Assembly: GCA_003221295.1 (NCBI GenBank)
Contig: QHRA01000184.1
Location: 1 to 54,550 of the forward strand
Direction: 5' to 3'
From: Verrucomicrobiota bacterium
GTDB lineage: Bacteria > Verrucomicrobiota > Verrucomicrobiia > Chthoniobacterales > UBA10450
DNA: 54,550 nt
Shown: positions 17,486 through 27,085 of the stretch, in pieces
Position numbering within the stretch: position 1 is the stretch's first letter
How the letters are laid out: every line of letters starts with the position of its first letter
Made by a program: the position numbers and the translations under genes
The notes under the pieces: model-generated
Databases searched by the model: none
The model's input: the letters and a program-made list of their open reading frames with translations, nothing else
What the model was told of the DNA's origin: nothing

Positions 17486-18371
17486 AATCTTCCGGCAACG
17501 GCGCTTCGAAATGCATCCGCCCTTTCGTCCGTGGATGATCAAACGCCAGTTTCCAGGCATGCAACATCTGGCGCGAAAAATCTCCTGTGCGGCGCCCTCC
17601 GTAAACAATGTCGCCTAAGATCGGATGTCCAAGATGTTGGAGATGCACACGAATTTGATGCGTCCGGCCACTGTGCAATCGGCATTCGAGCAAGCTCGCG
17701 CCGCCTCCACTGCGCACAACTTTAAAATCCGTTCTCGCTTCTCGCCCACCTTCGCGTGCGATCGCCATTTTCTTGCGATGAACTCGATGACGCGCGATTG
17801 CGGCCACAATTGTTCCGGAACCGCGACGCAGCTTCCCGGCGACGAGCGCGAGGTAAATCTTTTCCACTCTGCGCGCCGCGAATTGCCGGGACAAGTCGAG
17901 ATGTGCGAAATCATTCTTTGCCACTGCCAGGCAGCCGCTTGTTTCCTTATCAAGCCGATGAACAATGCCCGGCCGTTCCTTGCCGCCGATGCCGGAAAGA
18001 TTTTTGCAATGCGACAGCAAGGCATTAACCAGTGTGCCGCATTTCCGTCCAGCGCCCGGATGAACCGAAATTCCCGCCGGTTTGTTTATAACAATCAAGT
18101 CGTCGTCTTCGAACAGAACGGAGAGCGCGACCTTTTCTGGGACCAGGTCAATTGGTTGAACCGGTGGTTCCACCATGGTAATGCGGTCACCCGCGTGAAC
18201 GATGTCGCGTGCGCGCGGCGCACCGCCATTTACCGTCACGAAACCCTCCCGGATAAGGGCTTGAATTCGAGAGCGAGAAAGCTCGGGAGCGGAGTCTGCG
18301 AGAAACCGATCCAGGCGGGTGCCCGCATCCGTTGCTTTAACGATAAGCTCGCGGCCGTTTTCCTGTGTCAT
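17454..18371 (-). CDS. rluD: RluA/RluD-family 23S rRNA pseudouridine synthase
   Basis: S4 domain (RLDRFLAD...SRSRIQALIREGFVTVNG) and catalytic motif HRLDKETSGCLAVAK. I use the internal ATG (MTQENG...) because the upstream extension is low-complexity and would overlap the divergent kinase gene. Confidence 0.85.
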   Translation of the reverse strand: MTQENGRELIVKATDAGTRLDRFLADSAPELSRSRIQALIREGFVTVNGGAPRARDIVHAGDRITMVEPPVQPIDLVPEKVALSVLFEDDDLIVINKPAGISVHPGAGRKCGTLVNALLSHCKNLSGIGGKERPGIVHRLDKETSGCLAVAKNDFAHLDLSRQFAARRVEKIYLALVAGKLRRGSGTIVAAIARHRVHRKKMAIAREGGREARTDFKVVRSGGGASLLECRLHSGRTHQIRVHLQHLGHPILGDIVYGGRRTGDFSRQMLHAWKLAFDHPRTKGRMHFEAPLPEDFKRAMREVLS

Positions 18372-18393
18372 TGACGATGTTACTATCGCAAAA

Positions 18394-20613
18394 ATGAGCG
18401 ATCCGAACACGATTTCGTGTCCCGAATGCGGTTTGCCTGTGGATATCGGTGATGCCGAACCGCTTTCGCGCGTACCTTGTCCAGCTTGTGGCGAACGGGT
18501 CAGAATCGCGCGTTCCTTCAATCATTTCGAGCTGCGCGAGACCCTCGGAACCGGCGGAATGGGGACAGTTTATAGAGCGCGCGACACCCAACTCGACCGC
18601 GATGTCGCGCTGAAACTTTTGCGCAAAGATCTGGGTCCAGAATACGCCAATCAATTGCAGCAGGAGGCCCGGATCACCGCTTCGGTCAATCATCCGCATG
18701 TAGTCCAGGTGTTTTCCTTCGGACACGATCACGATCAATACTATCTCGTGATGGAACTGGTCGACCGCGGGACGCTTGACGACCTCATGGCCGAACAAAA
18801 AAAAATTCCCGAAGCACATGTGTTGCGCACAGGGATCGACGTCGCCCGCGGATTGCGTGCGGCTTATCAAAAAGGATTGATCCATCGCGACGTCAAACCG
18901 GCCAATATTTTGTTCAACGAGGAGGGGATGGCGAAGATCAGCGATTTCGGTCTAGCGGGCATCGTCGAGCCGCAGAGGCAAACCAGCGGCGCCATCTGGG
19001 GCACGCCCTATTACATCGCACCGGAGCGATTGAATAATCAGCCGGAAGATTTTCGCAGCGATATTTACAGTCTTGGCGCCACCCTCTTTCACGCGGTCGC
19101 GGGCCGGCCGCCTTTCGACGGCGAAACGATGTCAGCATCGGATCTGCGCACGTTGAAGGACAATCCGTTGAAACTAAAAGACGTGGCCCCGGAAGTTTCA
19201 CGACCCACCGCCACCGCTATCGCAAGAATGATCGCACCAGACCCGCGTTTGCGTTTCGCCTCGCACGACGCGCTCATCCTCGCCCTCCAGAAGTCGGAGC
19301 GCCTTCTTCGCGGCGAACCGAAACCGTGGAGCGCCAAAGCTGCCTTGCTCATCGCCGCGGTCACACTCCTCGGACTGATCGTTTTGGGCTGGTTTCTCCT
19401 CGCCCGTCCCCGTGCGCCAGCCGAAGCTGCCGGCTCGATTAACGCGCCTCCCGTCTTGGATATTAGCCGCGAGTTTGACGACGGGCGGCGGCAGATAATT
19501 GACGGCAGATACCCGGCGGCACGCGCTACTTTCGCACGGCTCGCTTCCCAGACCAAGAACAATCAGCCAATTTACGACTGGGCATTACTCAATCAGGCCG
19601 TCGCCGCTTTGCTCGATCAGCAGGAGTCGTTAACGCGTCAGGCCCTGCACGAAGTAGAGAATGCGGGGACGGGCAACTTCTCCGACGCATCGTTAGGTGC
19701 GTTCCTGCGCGATACCGCCAAGCTCGCCAATTTGCACAGCACCGTCGCACTGTCCGATGTTCCCGACCACGCGGCGAAACCGTTTGCCTTATTCTTGTTA
19801 GGATTAACAGACGTTCAGCTTGGTCGATTTAATGATGCGGAAGCATTACTGAAAGCGTTTGTCGCGTCGCAACCACCGCAGAGTTTGGCCTGGATCAGCG
19901 AATACAAACCGATTGCGCGAAAGTACCTGGCGGATTCACAGGCTATGCTGGCCTGGCGAGAACAGCATAGGTCCGCCAAAAGTATGACCGAACTCAGGAA
20001 CGCATTAAGTAGTTTGCAGGATCTGATCGCGCAGTTACAAAAAAATACTGCCATCTCGGCTGAAGCGTTGCTGGCGCAAAAAACGTTGGTCGCTCGACTT
20101 CGCGATGCCGAAATGCCACGATGGAACGCAGCTCTGGAATCCTATCGGCGGCTGACTGCCATTTACGATTTCACCGGAGCCGCCAGTGCAATTAGAAAAG
20201 TGAAACTGACGGAGCCGTCGCTCAGAGAAACACAACGTAATTGTCAAAATGTGGCTGACTGGTTGGCACAATGGAAGGCAACGCTGATTAACGATTTGAA
20301 TACGCACGGTTATACCGGTGTAGTGGTTGTGAGCGATACCGAATACAACGAGATCGCTGGCGCGACCGCGGGAAAACTGAAAATGAGAGTGCCGTATGGA
20401 ATCGCTGAAATACAATGGCTGAAAGTGCCGGCGCCAACCCTGGTAACGGTTTCGAGTTCTTTCGCCACCGATGCCGACCGCCAGTGGCGCTGCGGCGTAT
20501 TTGCCTGGGCGTTCGGGCAGACCAATGCCGCACGGCAACTCTTCGATGCAGCGTGTTCAGCCAAGCCATCTTACAAAGAAGCACGCAAGTTTTTCGACCA
20601 GACGAAACCGTAA
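18394..20613 (+). CDS. Ser/Thr protein kinase with N-terminal zinc ribbon, one TM helix and a ~370-aa extracytoplasmic domain of unknown type
   Basis: CPECG...CPACG ribbon. Hanks kinase motifs GTGGMGTVY, VALKLL, HRDVKPANIL, DFG and APE. TM helix ALLIAAVTLLGLIVLGWFLLA. Confidence 0.8.
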   Translation: MSDPNTISCPECGLPVDIGDAEPLSRVPCPACGERVRIARSFNHFELRETLGTGGMGTVYRARDTQLDRDVALKLLRKDLGPEYANQLQQEARITASVNHPHVVQVFSFGHDHDQYYLVMELVDRGTLDDLMAEQKKIPEAHVLRTGIDVARGLRAAYQKGLIHRDVKPANILFNEEGMAKISDFGLAGIVEPQRQTSGAIWGTPYYIAPERLNNQPEDFRSDIYSLGATLFHAVAGRPPFDGETMSASDLRTLKDNPLKLKDVAPEVSRPTATAIARMIAPDPRLRFASHDALILALQKSERLLRGEPKPWSAKAALLIAAVTLLGLIVLGWFLLARPRAPAEAAGSINAPPVLDISREFDDGRRQIIDGRYPAARATFARLASQTKNNQPIYDWALLNQAVAALLDQQESLTRQALHEVENAGTGNFSDASLGAFLRDTAKLANLHSTVALSDVPDHAAKPFALFLLGLTDVQLGRFNDAEALLKAFVASQPPQSLAWISEYKPIARKYLADSQAMLAWREQHRSAKSMTELRNALSSLQDLIAQLQKNTAISAEALLAQKTLVARLRDAEMPRWNAALESYRRLTAIYDFTGAASAIRKVKLTEPSLRETQRNCQNVADWLAQWKATLINDLNTHGYTGVVVVSDTEYNEIAGATAGKLKMRVPYGIAEIQWLKVPAPTLVTVSSSFATDADRQWRCGVFAWAFGQTNAARQLFDAACSAKPSYKEARKFFDQTKP

Positions 20614-20646
20614 ATCACTGGCAAGCCACCTGCTCAAACTAGAAGG

Positions 20647-21525
20647 GTGCGCACCACCAGCTGTTGTTTCTTCCTATCAATCAGTCTGGCAATGGCGGGA
20701 ACATTGCCGCTTACAACGAGCGACCTCAGCCTGATGCTTCGCTCCGGTTATTCCGTGCCAACGATTGAGGCAGAACTTGCCACCCGCCATTTCGCCGACC
20801 AGCTCGATGAAGCCAAGCGCAGTCAGCTAATCAAGGCCGGCGCCACCACTCAGTTACTGGACGCAATTGAGAGCGGAAAATTTGCCGTCCCGAAAGACGA
20901 ACTGGAAAAATCGCGCCGGAAAATGGAAGATCAGGCGCATGACAGAGCACTGCTGGCCGAGCAAGCGAAAAGAAACGATACTCTTTACCAAAACCAATTG
21001 CTGAAACAGCGAGCGCGGGTGGTTACGCAGGGTTCCGCTGATGCCATTGCTGGCGCAGCCAAAGGCAATCTGGTTCGCCTTCAAAACGGCAACTTAGTCT
21101 CCTCTTACGACGAGGAACTCGCGCCGAAGCACATCTACGGTCTTTATTTCTCAGCTCACTGGTGCGGACCTTGCCGGAAGTTCACACCCCAGTTGGTCGC
21201 CTACTATAATCAGATCGCGCACGACCATCCCGAGTTCGAAATCATTTTCGTGAGCGCCGACAAATCGGCCGACGGCATGGCGACTTACATGCGTGAGACC
21301 GGCATGCCCTGGCCTGCTATCGAATACAGCAAGCTCGCCAGCGTTCCCGCTTTGCAAAAATACGCGGGCAAGGGCATCCCCGATCTCGTTATCGTCGATG
21401 CCAGCGGCAAAGTGCTGGCCGACAGTTTTGTCAGCGGCAAATATGTTGGACCAGCAAAAGTCCTTGACGACTTGAGTACGATTTTCGCGCGCAGTAATGC
21501 CCCGCAAGTGGCGGCCAATCGCTAA
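20647..21525 (+). CDS. Secreted thioredoxin-fold (nucleoredoxin/TlpA-like) protein with an N-terminal helical domain
   Basis: Signal peptide. Redox motif in YGLYFSAHWCGPCRKFTPQL. Followed by FEIIFVSAD...PWPAI...GIP.LVIVD, typical of the TlpA/nucleoredoxin fold. Confidence 0.7.
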   Translation: MRTTSCCFFLSISLAMAGTLPLTTSDLSLMLRSGYSVPTIEAELATRHFADQLDEAKRSQLIKAGATTQLLDAIESGKFAVPKDELEKSRRKMEDQAHDRALLAEQAKRNDTLYQNQLLKQRARVVTQGSADAIAGAAKGNLVRLQNGNLVSSYDEELAPKHIYGLYFSAHWCGPCRKFTPQLVAYYNQIAHDHPEFEIIFVSADKSADGMATYMRETGMPWPAIEYSKLASVPALQKYAGKGIPDLVIVDASGKVLADSFVSGKYVGPAKVLDDLSTIFARSNAPQVAANR

Positions 21526-21585
21526 CGAGACTCGGACAGCCTTTCGTCATCCTCGAATCGCGAAAAAACGCCAGCTGGCTCAGCC

Positions 21586-22044
21586 TCAACTCTTGGTGCG
21601 TCTATGCTTGGACAAATCCAATGCGATACGAGCGATGCTGTAGAATAACATCAGTGCAGCGATGGGAACCAGCCAGATACCCAGTCCCGGGTCTCCGCCG
21701 TAACTAACGACTCCTCCGAGAAAGAAGCCCAACGGGAAAAGGAGCCCGGCCCAAATCAGACAGAACGACACTGCGGGCCGGAGTTCAAACCGCTCGACAT
21801 TTCGCGCGGTCAATCCGGCAACGATATTGACCAGCGCCAAGGCGGTGCCGTGAGCATGCGCTAGAGTAAACATCAGCCGACGCATCTCGTTTCCGACATC
21901 AACGTACCAACCGATTTTGAATCCGTGCAACGTCTCGAGCAAGCCACCTAACGATAAAAAGACAAGTAGCGACCACCAGCCGAAACGCAGGTTGCGATCG
22001 CAGTTATGCCCGATTGAAGGCAGGCGGTCGGATGGACGCATCAT
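21586..22044 (-). CDS. Small 4-TM membrane protein, unknown function, coupled to the octaheme cytochrome gene
   Basis: Its ATG overlaps the cytochrome stop (ATGA at 22041-22044). Four hydrophobic helices, and conserved-looking His residues (TLAHAHGTALAL). Confidence 0.5.
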   Translation of the reverse strand: MMRPSDRLPSIGHNCDRNLRFGWWSLLVFLSLGGLLETLHGFKIGWYVDVGNEMRRLMFTLAHAHGTALALVNIVAGLTARNVERFELRPAVSFCLIWAGLLFPLGFFLGGVVSYGGDPGLGIWLVPIAALMLFYSIARIALDLSKHRRTKS

Positions 22045-23921
22045 TCAGCGAGAATAATCGGTTTGTCATCGCGCTCGCTTCGGAGTCGCTGGAAGATATC
22101 CTGCCGAAAATGTCCGTCGGCATCCAGCACTGTCTCCGGTTGGTAAGTTGCATTGGGGTCACGGATTTCGCGCAGCCATTTTTCATAGGCGTACGCGGTT
22201 ACTTCACTGATTAAATCGTCGGCGGCGGTATAGGTAAAGGAAAAGTCAGAAAATCCGGGCAAAGTCTGGAGCGATTTCCAGGCATCAAACCGCACCGCGG
22301 CGTAAGGATCACTCATGCTGTATATCAGATAGGGATAGATCCAGTCGCGCCCTGCAGTTTTTTGCGCGCTCTCCCAACCCATTCCCCAAGCTATAAGAGC
22401 GCGCTGCCCGGCGTCGCCTTTCACAATCCATTGCACGGCAGCAGCAATATTTCGATCGTCGGACGAAAGCTGCGGCATGGGTTCGTGATACCACGCCTCC
22501 AGTTTCTGCGCCGTCCAGGCAAGAGTCTGGTTGAGGTGACAAAGATTGCAGGCATTCGGACGCCCATAATTGATGCTTTCCACCACCGTAGGCGAAGAAA
22601 CCTGGTGACTGCGCATCGCGTGCAGCAAACCAAACGTCGTGCGAGGCATGTGACAGTTGTAACACCGGCTCCCGCTTGAATCAGCAACATGGTGGGTGTG
22701 CCCGCTAATGTTCGTCGCCATCGTTCGATGGCATTGCAAACACGCCGCGTCAGAATCCATCTTCGGTTTCAGCTGGGCGGTGTGCGCCCATTTTTCTAGA
22801 CTGGTCTGGCCAGGGGAATCGAGATGCATTTCATGGCAGGAAATGCAGGAGAATTCTCCGCCCCGAAAACAGGGCGACGCTTGCACACCGTTAAACTCTC
22901 TCCCCGTGACCCGAACCATACCGTCGTCCCAGAATCGACTCCTGAAAAAATCCGGCTCAGTCCGGCGAATGAAATCCTTCTCTTCGGTGTGGTCCGCCGG
23001 CTGTGGTTGAACGACGAAACGTTGAGCGAGATCGTGCGCCCCCGGACGAAAGGCACTGCCATGGCGATTAAAATCAATCTTGTCTGACATGTTGTTGAAT
23101 GCCCAGACGCTGTGGCATTGGCCGCAATCGAGTGCCGAATCGGGTGCTTTTAAACGAGCCGGATTTTTAATTGTCGGATCGGTTTTCGTTGTGAGATGAA
23201 GTTTGAAGCGGCGGATTGGATTGCGATTGCGTTCGGTGTGCTCGCGTCCCTCGCTGTGACAGGCTTCGCACGCGACGCCGAACTCAGCGACCTGCGAATC
23301 CCATCTGTTGCCTTCGACAAAACGCGATTGTCCCTGCGTGACATGGCAATCCATACAGGCGCCGTTCCATGCACCGAGAGAATAATATTCTTTTAGATTG
23401 GGCGGAATCAGGAACGTCTGCGTCACCGGCGCCCACATTCTTTCCGCGACAATGTAAGCGAAAGGAAGTTGTTGCAAAGTCCGCCCGTGTCCCGTCTCCA
23501 ACCACGGAATTTGCAATGTATGCGAACCCGTGAGCAGAACGACTTGTTGCCGTTCGCGGTAGCTACCGTCTTCTGCTCGCACCCGAATAAAGAACTTGTC
23601 GCTGCGGCGTTCTCCCTTGTACTCGCGGCCGTTGAAAGTGAGATCAAGTTTGCTCATGTCATCGGGAAGAGAGGTCGGCGTTGCGACCTGCGTCATGGTG
23701 CGATGAAACGACCCATGCCAGCTTGTATAATTCTCGACATGACACGTTCGACACGCGCTTGATGTCGCGTAACCGGGAATCCCCGATTGGATTGGCCGAT
23801 TCTCCGGCGGTAGCGCCTCGGTTCGAAAGTCACGGAGCGAAATCGAAGTGAGTATCCCCGCGCCTGCAATGGTCGCGCTAATGAAGAACCCATGCCACCA
23901 GGATCGAGATAACTTCGGCAT
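22041..23921 (-). CDS. Octaheme c-type cytochrome with a C-terminal HEAT-like repeat region
   Basis: N-terminal anchor/signal. Eight CxxCH motifs: CRTCH, CMDCH, CEACH, CGQCH, CISCH, CLQCH, CYNCH, CNLCH. The C-terminus (DPYAAVRFDAWKSL) looks HEAT-like. Confidence 0.8.
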   Translation of the reverse strand: MPKLSRSWWHGFFISATIAGAGILTSISLRDFRTEALPPENRPIQSGIPGYATSSACRTCHVENYTSWHGSFHRTMTQVATPTSLPDDMSKLDLTFNGREYKGERRSDKFFIRVRAEDGSYRERQQVVLLTGSHTLQIPWLETGHGRTLQQLPFAYIVAERMWAPVTQTFLIPPNLKEYYSLGAWNGACMDCHVTQGQSRFVEGNRWDSQVAEFGVACEACHSEGREHTERNRNPIRRFKLHLTTKTDPTIKNPARLKAPDSALDCGQCHSVWAFNNMSDKIDFNRHGSAFRPGAHDLAQRFVVQPQPADHTEEKDFIRRTEPDFFRSRFWDDGMVRVTGREFNGVQASPCFRGGEFSCISCHEMHLDSPGQTSLEKWAHTAQLKPKMDSDAACLQCHRTMATNISGHTHHVADSSGSRCYNCHMPRTTFGLLHAMRSHQVSSPTVVESINYGRPNACNLCHLNQTLAWTAQKLEAWYHEPMPQLSSDDRNIAAAVQWIVKGDAGQRALIAWGMGWESAQKTAGRDWIYPYLIYSMSDPYAAVRFDAWKSLQTLPGFSDFSFTYTAADDLISEVTAYAYEKWLREIRDPNATYQPETVLDADGHFRQDIFQRLRSERDDKPIILAE

Positions 23922-24173
23922 TGCTCATTTCGATATTAAGGGAAGCACCGAGGCGGGTAAACTGTTTGCAGCCGTGCGATTTTCTGCATTCCGCCTGGCG
24001 AGTTAATATTTGAGTGTCGCACCTGCAACACTGAATTGTTCAGGCGAAATCTGTAGGGTCGATTTACGGATGAAACCGTGGGTGAACGAATCGCGGTTTC
24101 GAGAGTCAGATTTACACGAATGGTTCCGATGTTACGTTCATCGGGCGTATCTTTTGTGCCCGCGCAAAATTAA

Positions 24174-25763
24174 ATGGAACAAACCCCGCCATTTCCTTCA
24201 CCGGAAGAACTGAAATCGAAGCTAGCTGATTTTATGAAATCAAACTTCGGCGATAGGGTGGCTTTTACCACCCTCACCCAGCCGGATACGGTCGAGACCG
24301 GGAACGATGACAAAAGCCCGCCGGAAGAGGCGAAGGAATTCGAATTTCACTTTTTGCCGCGCGACATCAAAGCGCACCTCGATCGTTTTGTGATCAAACA
24401 AGACGAAGCGAAAAAGGTACTCTCGATCGCAGTCTGCGACCATTACAACCACGTCAATCACGTCCGGCAGTTGGAGAGGGAAAATGCCAATGGCGCAGTC
24501 GAAACGGAATATGCCAAGCAAAATGTTATTCTCGTCGGCCCGACCGGAGTCGGAAAAACGTATCTGATCAAACATATCGCTGATCTGATCAAGGTCCCTT
24601 TCGTTAAGGCGGATGCGACGAAGTTTAGCGAAACTGGTTACGTCGGCGGTGACGTGGAAGATTTGGTGCGTGAACTGGTGCACAAAGCCGATGGCGACGT
24701 GAACCGGGCGCAGTTCGGGATTATTTACATTGACGAAATCGACAAGATCGCGTCCGCCGGCAACATGATCGGGCGCGATGTCAGCGGTCGCGGTGTGCAA
24801 ACGACATTGCTAAAATTAATGGAAGAAACCGAAGTACCGCTGCGCAGCGCGATGGATTTGCAGGGACAGATTCAAGCGGCCTTGGAATTTCAAAGGCGCG
24901 GCAAGTCGAGTCGACAAACCATCAATACCCGCCATATCCTATTTGTCGTTAGCGGCGCATTCGAGCGTTTGAAAGAACAGGTTTCGCGTCGAGTCAAAGG
25001 CCAGATCGGATTCAGCGCCGAACCGATCCGCGTAATGGATAACGAGCTTTTCCAATTCGTTACCACGCAGGATTTCATCGAGTTCGGGTTTGAGCCGGAA
25101 TTCATCGGCCGCCTGCCGGTGCGCGTTGTTTGCGAAGAATTGAGCGCGGATGATCTCTTCAGCATCATGAAGTATTCGGAAGGTAGTTTGCTGCGGCAAT
25201 ATGAACGCGCCTTTCGTGCTTACGGTATCGCCATCAGTTTCGAGGATGAGGCGCTGCGCTTGATGGCGCAGGCTGCGGCGACGGAGAAAACCGGCGCGCG
25301 CGGCTTGCTGACGGTGTGGGAAAAACTATTTCGCGATTTTAAATTTTATCTCGCCGGCTCCGGCATCAGCCAACTGCGGGTCACGGCCGAACTAGTGCAC
25401 GAACCGAAACGCGTTCTCGATCGCCTGCTGGCCGAAGGTCACAAACACGAGGCGGTCGTACTCGATCAGCAGATTGATGTCTTCAGCGAATCATTTCGGC
25501 GGCAACACGATCTCGAAATCGCGTTTGAAAAGGCGGCGCGGCGCCGGCTGGTCGAACGCGCGCAGACGGAAAAAATGTCGATGGCGGATTTGACGGCGCA
25601 TCTATTTCGCGATTTTCATTTTGGATTGAATTTGGTGCGAAAAAATTTCGGACAGAATAAGTTTACCCTGCCGCTTTCGGCGGTGGACGCGCCGGACAAA
25701 TTTCTCAGCGATCTGGTGGTGCAATCCTATTATCCGGTACGCCAAACGAACGAAGCTGGATGA
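24174..25763 (+). CDS. ClpX-like AAA+ unfoldase lacking the N-terminal zinc-binding domain, with a C-terminal extension
   Basis: [19 protein letters not shown], Walker A GPTGVGKT, pore loop [10 protein letters not shown], Walker [11 protein letters not shown], and IGF in [10 protein letters not shown]. No Cys4 motif in the first 70 aa. Roughly 100 extra C-terminal residues. Confidence 0.8.
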   Translation: MEQTPPFPSPEELKSKLADFMKSNFGDRVAFTTLTQPDTVETGNDDKSPPEEAKEFEFHFLPRDIKAHLDRFVIKQDEAKKVLSIAVCDHYNHVNHVRQLERENANGAVETEYAKQNVILVGPTGVGKTYLIKHIADLIKVPFVKADATKFSETGYVGGDVEDLVRELVHKADGDVNRAQFGIIYIDEIDKIASAGNMIGRDVSGRGVQTTLLKLMEETEVPLRSAMDLQGQIQAALEFQRRGKSSRQTINTRHILFVVSGAFERLKEQVSRRVKGQIGFSAEPIRVMDNELFQFVTTQDFIEFGFEPEFIGRLPVRVVCEELSADDLFSIMKYSEGSLLRQYERAFRAYGIAISFEDEALRLMAQAAATEKTGARGLLTVWEKLFRDFKFYLAGSGISQLRVTAELVHEPKRVLDRLLAEGHKHEAVVLDQQIDVFSESFRRQHDLEIAFEKAARRRLVERAQTEKMSMADLTAHLFRDFHFGLNLVRKNFGQNKFTLPLSAVDAPDKFLSDLVVQSYYPVRQTNEAG

Positions 25764-27001
25764 AACGCTCGCTTCTTTTTGCAGGCATCATCGCGGTCGC
25801 GGTTGCGGCGGTTGCGAGCATTTCATACGCCGGCGGATGGCTCGCTGGAGTTGAGCTGCCGCTGAGAAACTGGATGGTGAAATTGAACGGGCCAGCCCGC
25901 GATCTTAGCAACATTTGGCAATACAGCCTGATCACACTCCTCGGTTTTGCCACTGCATGGATCACAATCACGAGCGCTCGAAGGCATGGCATCGCCCTGC
26001 TCGTTCTCGCGGTAATTGCGGAGCTTCTGACGCTCACTTGGGTTCTGTCGCTCTATCACATTTTCTTTGCCCCGCTATCCTGCATCCTCGCTGTCATCCT
26101 TGGTTACGGCGGGGCGCTACTCTACCTGGTAATCGCTGGACGCAAACGCGCCGGCATCCCCCTTTCCTTGTTCAATGGCAAACTCTCGAGCACACAAATT
26201 ACGCGTTTACGCGCCGGCGAAGTCGAATTCGACGGCAATCCGCGCGCTTTCGAAACGAGCGTGGTGGTGTGCGATTTGGCCAATAAGTACGACCTCGCTG
26301 ATACCGACGAGCCCGGTGTGGTGGCGAAGGCCAGCGAGAGGTTTACCGCGCGCGCGGCCGAATTATTGCGCGATGCCGGTGCTTACTTGCATGCCGCCGA
26401 CGGCGAAGGCGTCGTTGCCGTGTTTGGATTCCCAGGGGCTCTGGAGGATCACGCGGAGAAAGCAGTGCGCGCCGCATTCGATCTCGCGCGTGCATTTGCG
26501 GAAAACTCAAGCGGCAGCAACGGCCAAGACGCCACTGCCGGCGCACATGTCGGGGTTAGTTCCGGCTCAATGATCACCGCGCCAACGGAGGAAAAGCAGG
26601 ACATTTTTGTGCTAGGCGAGCCGATCGAGTTAGCCCGACGCTTCTGCGTCGCCAATCGCTTTTATGGCTCGCAGATCCTCATCGGGCCGCGCACCTTTGA
26701 GCTGGCCAATAACGCCATCGTTGCGCGCCCGATCGATTTTCTCAGCGGTGTCAACGCCCAGGAGCGACATGAAATTTATGAGCCGCTCGCCTTCACCGCT
26801 GATGCGCCCAGCGAATTAGTAGCGCGGCGTGATTCTTTTTGGAACGGTGTCGTCTTATACCGAGAGCAGCGTTGGGCCGAAGCCTACAGTGAATTCCAAA
26901 AGGCGCGCGGACCGAACCACGAGGAAGATGCGCCGCTTAATCTTTATCTGCGCCGTCTCGAGCCGCTCGCGCTGCATTTAATGGAATCGCCGGCGAAATA
27001 G
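25760..27001 (+). CDS. Membrane-anchored class III nucleotidyl cyclase homology domain protein, possibly catalytically degenerate
   Basis: Four N-terminal TM helices. Cyclase blocks [37 protein letters not shown] and [12 protein letters not shown]. The start overlaps the ClpX-like stop (ATGA). Confidence 0.7.
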   Translation: MKRSLLFAGIIAVAVAAVASISYAGGWLAGVELPLRNWMVKLNGPARDLSNIWQYSLITLLGFATAWITITSARRHGIALLVLAVIAELLTLTWVLSLYHIFFAPLSCILAVILGYGGALLYLVIAGRKRAGIPLSLFNGKLSSTQITRLRAGEVEFDGNPRAFETSVVVCDLANKYDLADTDEPGVVAKASERFTARAAELLRDAGAYLHAADGEGVVAVFGFPGALEDHAEKAVRAAFDLARAFAENSSGSNGQDATAGAHVGVSSGSMITAPTEEKQDIFVLGEPIELARRFCVANRFYGSQILIGPRTFELANNAIVARPIDFLSGVNAQERHEIYEPLAFTADAPSELVARRDSFWNGVVLYREQRWAEAYSEFQKARGPNHEEDAPLNLYLRRLEPLALHLMESPAK

Positions 27002-27008
27002 GTCCAAG

Positions 27009-27083
27009 CCGGACTGGCGGATTCGAGCCGGACTGGCGGATTCGAGCCGGACCGGCGGATCCGAGCTGGACTGGCGATCAGAG
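27009..27083. repeat. 19-bp tandem repeat, about 4 copies
   Basis: ccggactggcggattcgag (27009-27027), an identical copy (27028-27046), ccggaccggcggatccgag (27047-27065) and ctggactggcgatcagag (27066-27083). It fills the gap between the cyclase stop and the recR start. Confidence 0.95.
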
Positions 27084-27085
27084 TT

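Noticed and set aside
18319-18521. Overlapping N-terminal extensions of the divergent rluD-family and kinase ORFs
   Set aside because: The extensions are low-complexity and mutually overlapping. The internal starts (18371 for the synthase, 18394 for the kinase) give canonical N-termini.
24174-27001. Cyclase-based antiphage system (Pycsar/CBASS-like)
   Set aside because: No cNMP-binding effector, TIR, patatin or similar gene is adjacent. The cyclase-like domain is fused to its own membrane anchor and looks catalytically degenerate, and the flanking genes are housekeeping (recR, lipA). I keep it as a signalling/proteolysis candidate instead.
27009-27083. Possible CRISPR array
   Set aside because: The 19-nt units are directly contiguous with no spacers, and there are no cas genes in the window. 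This is a plain tandem repeat.
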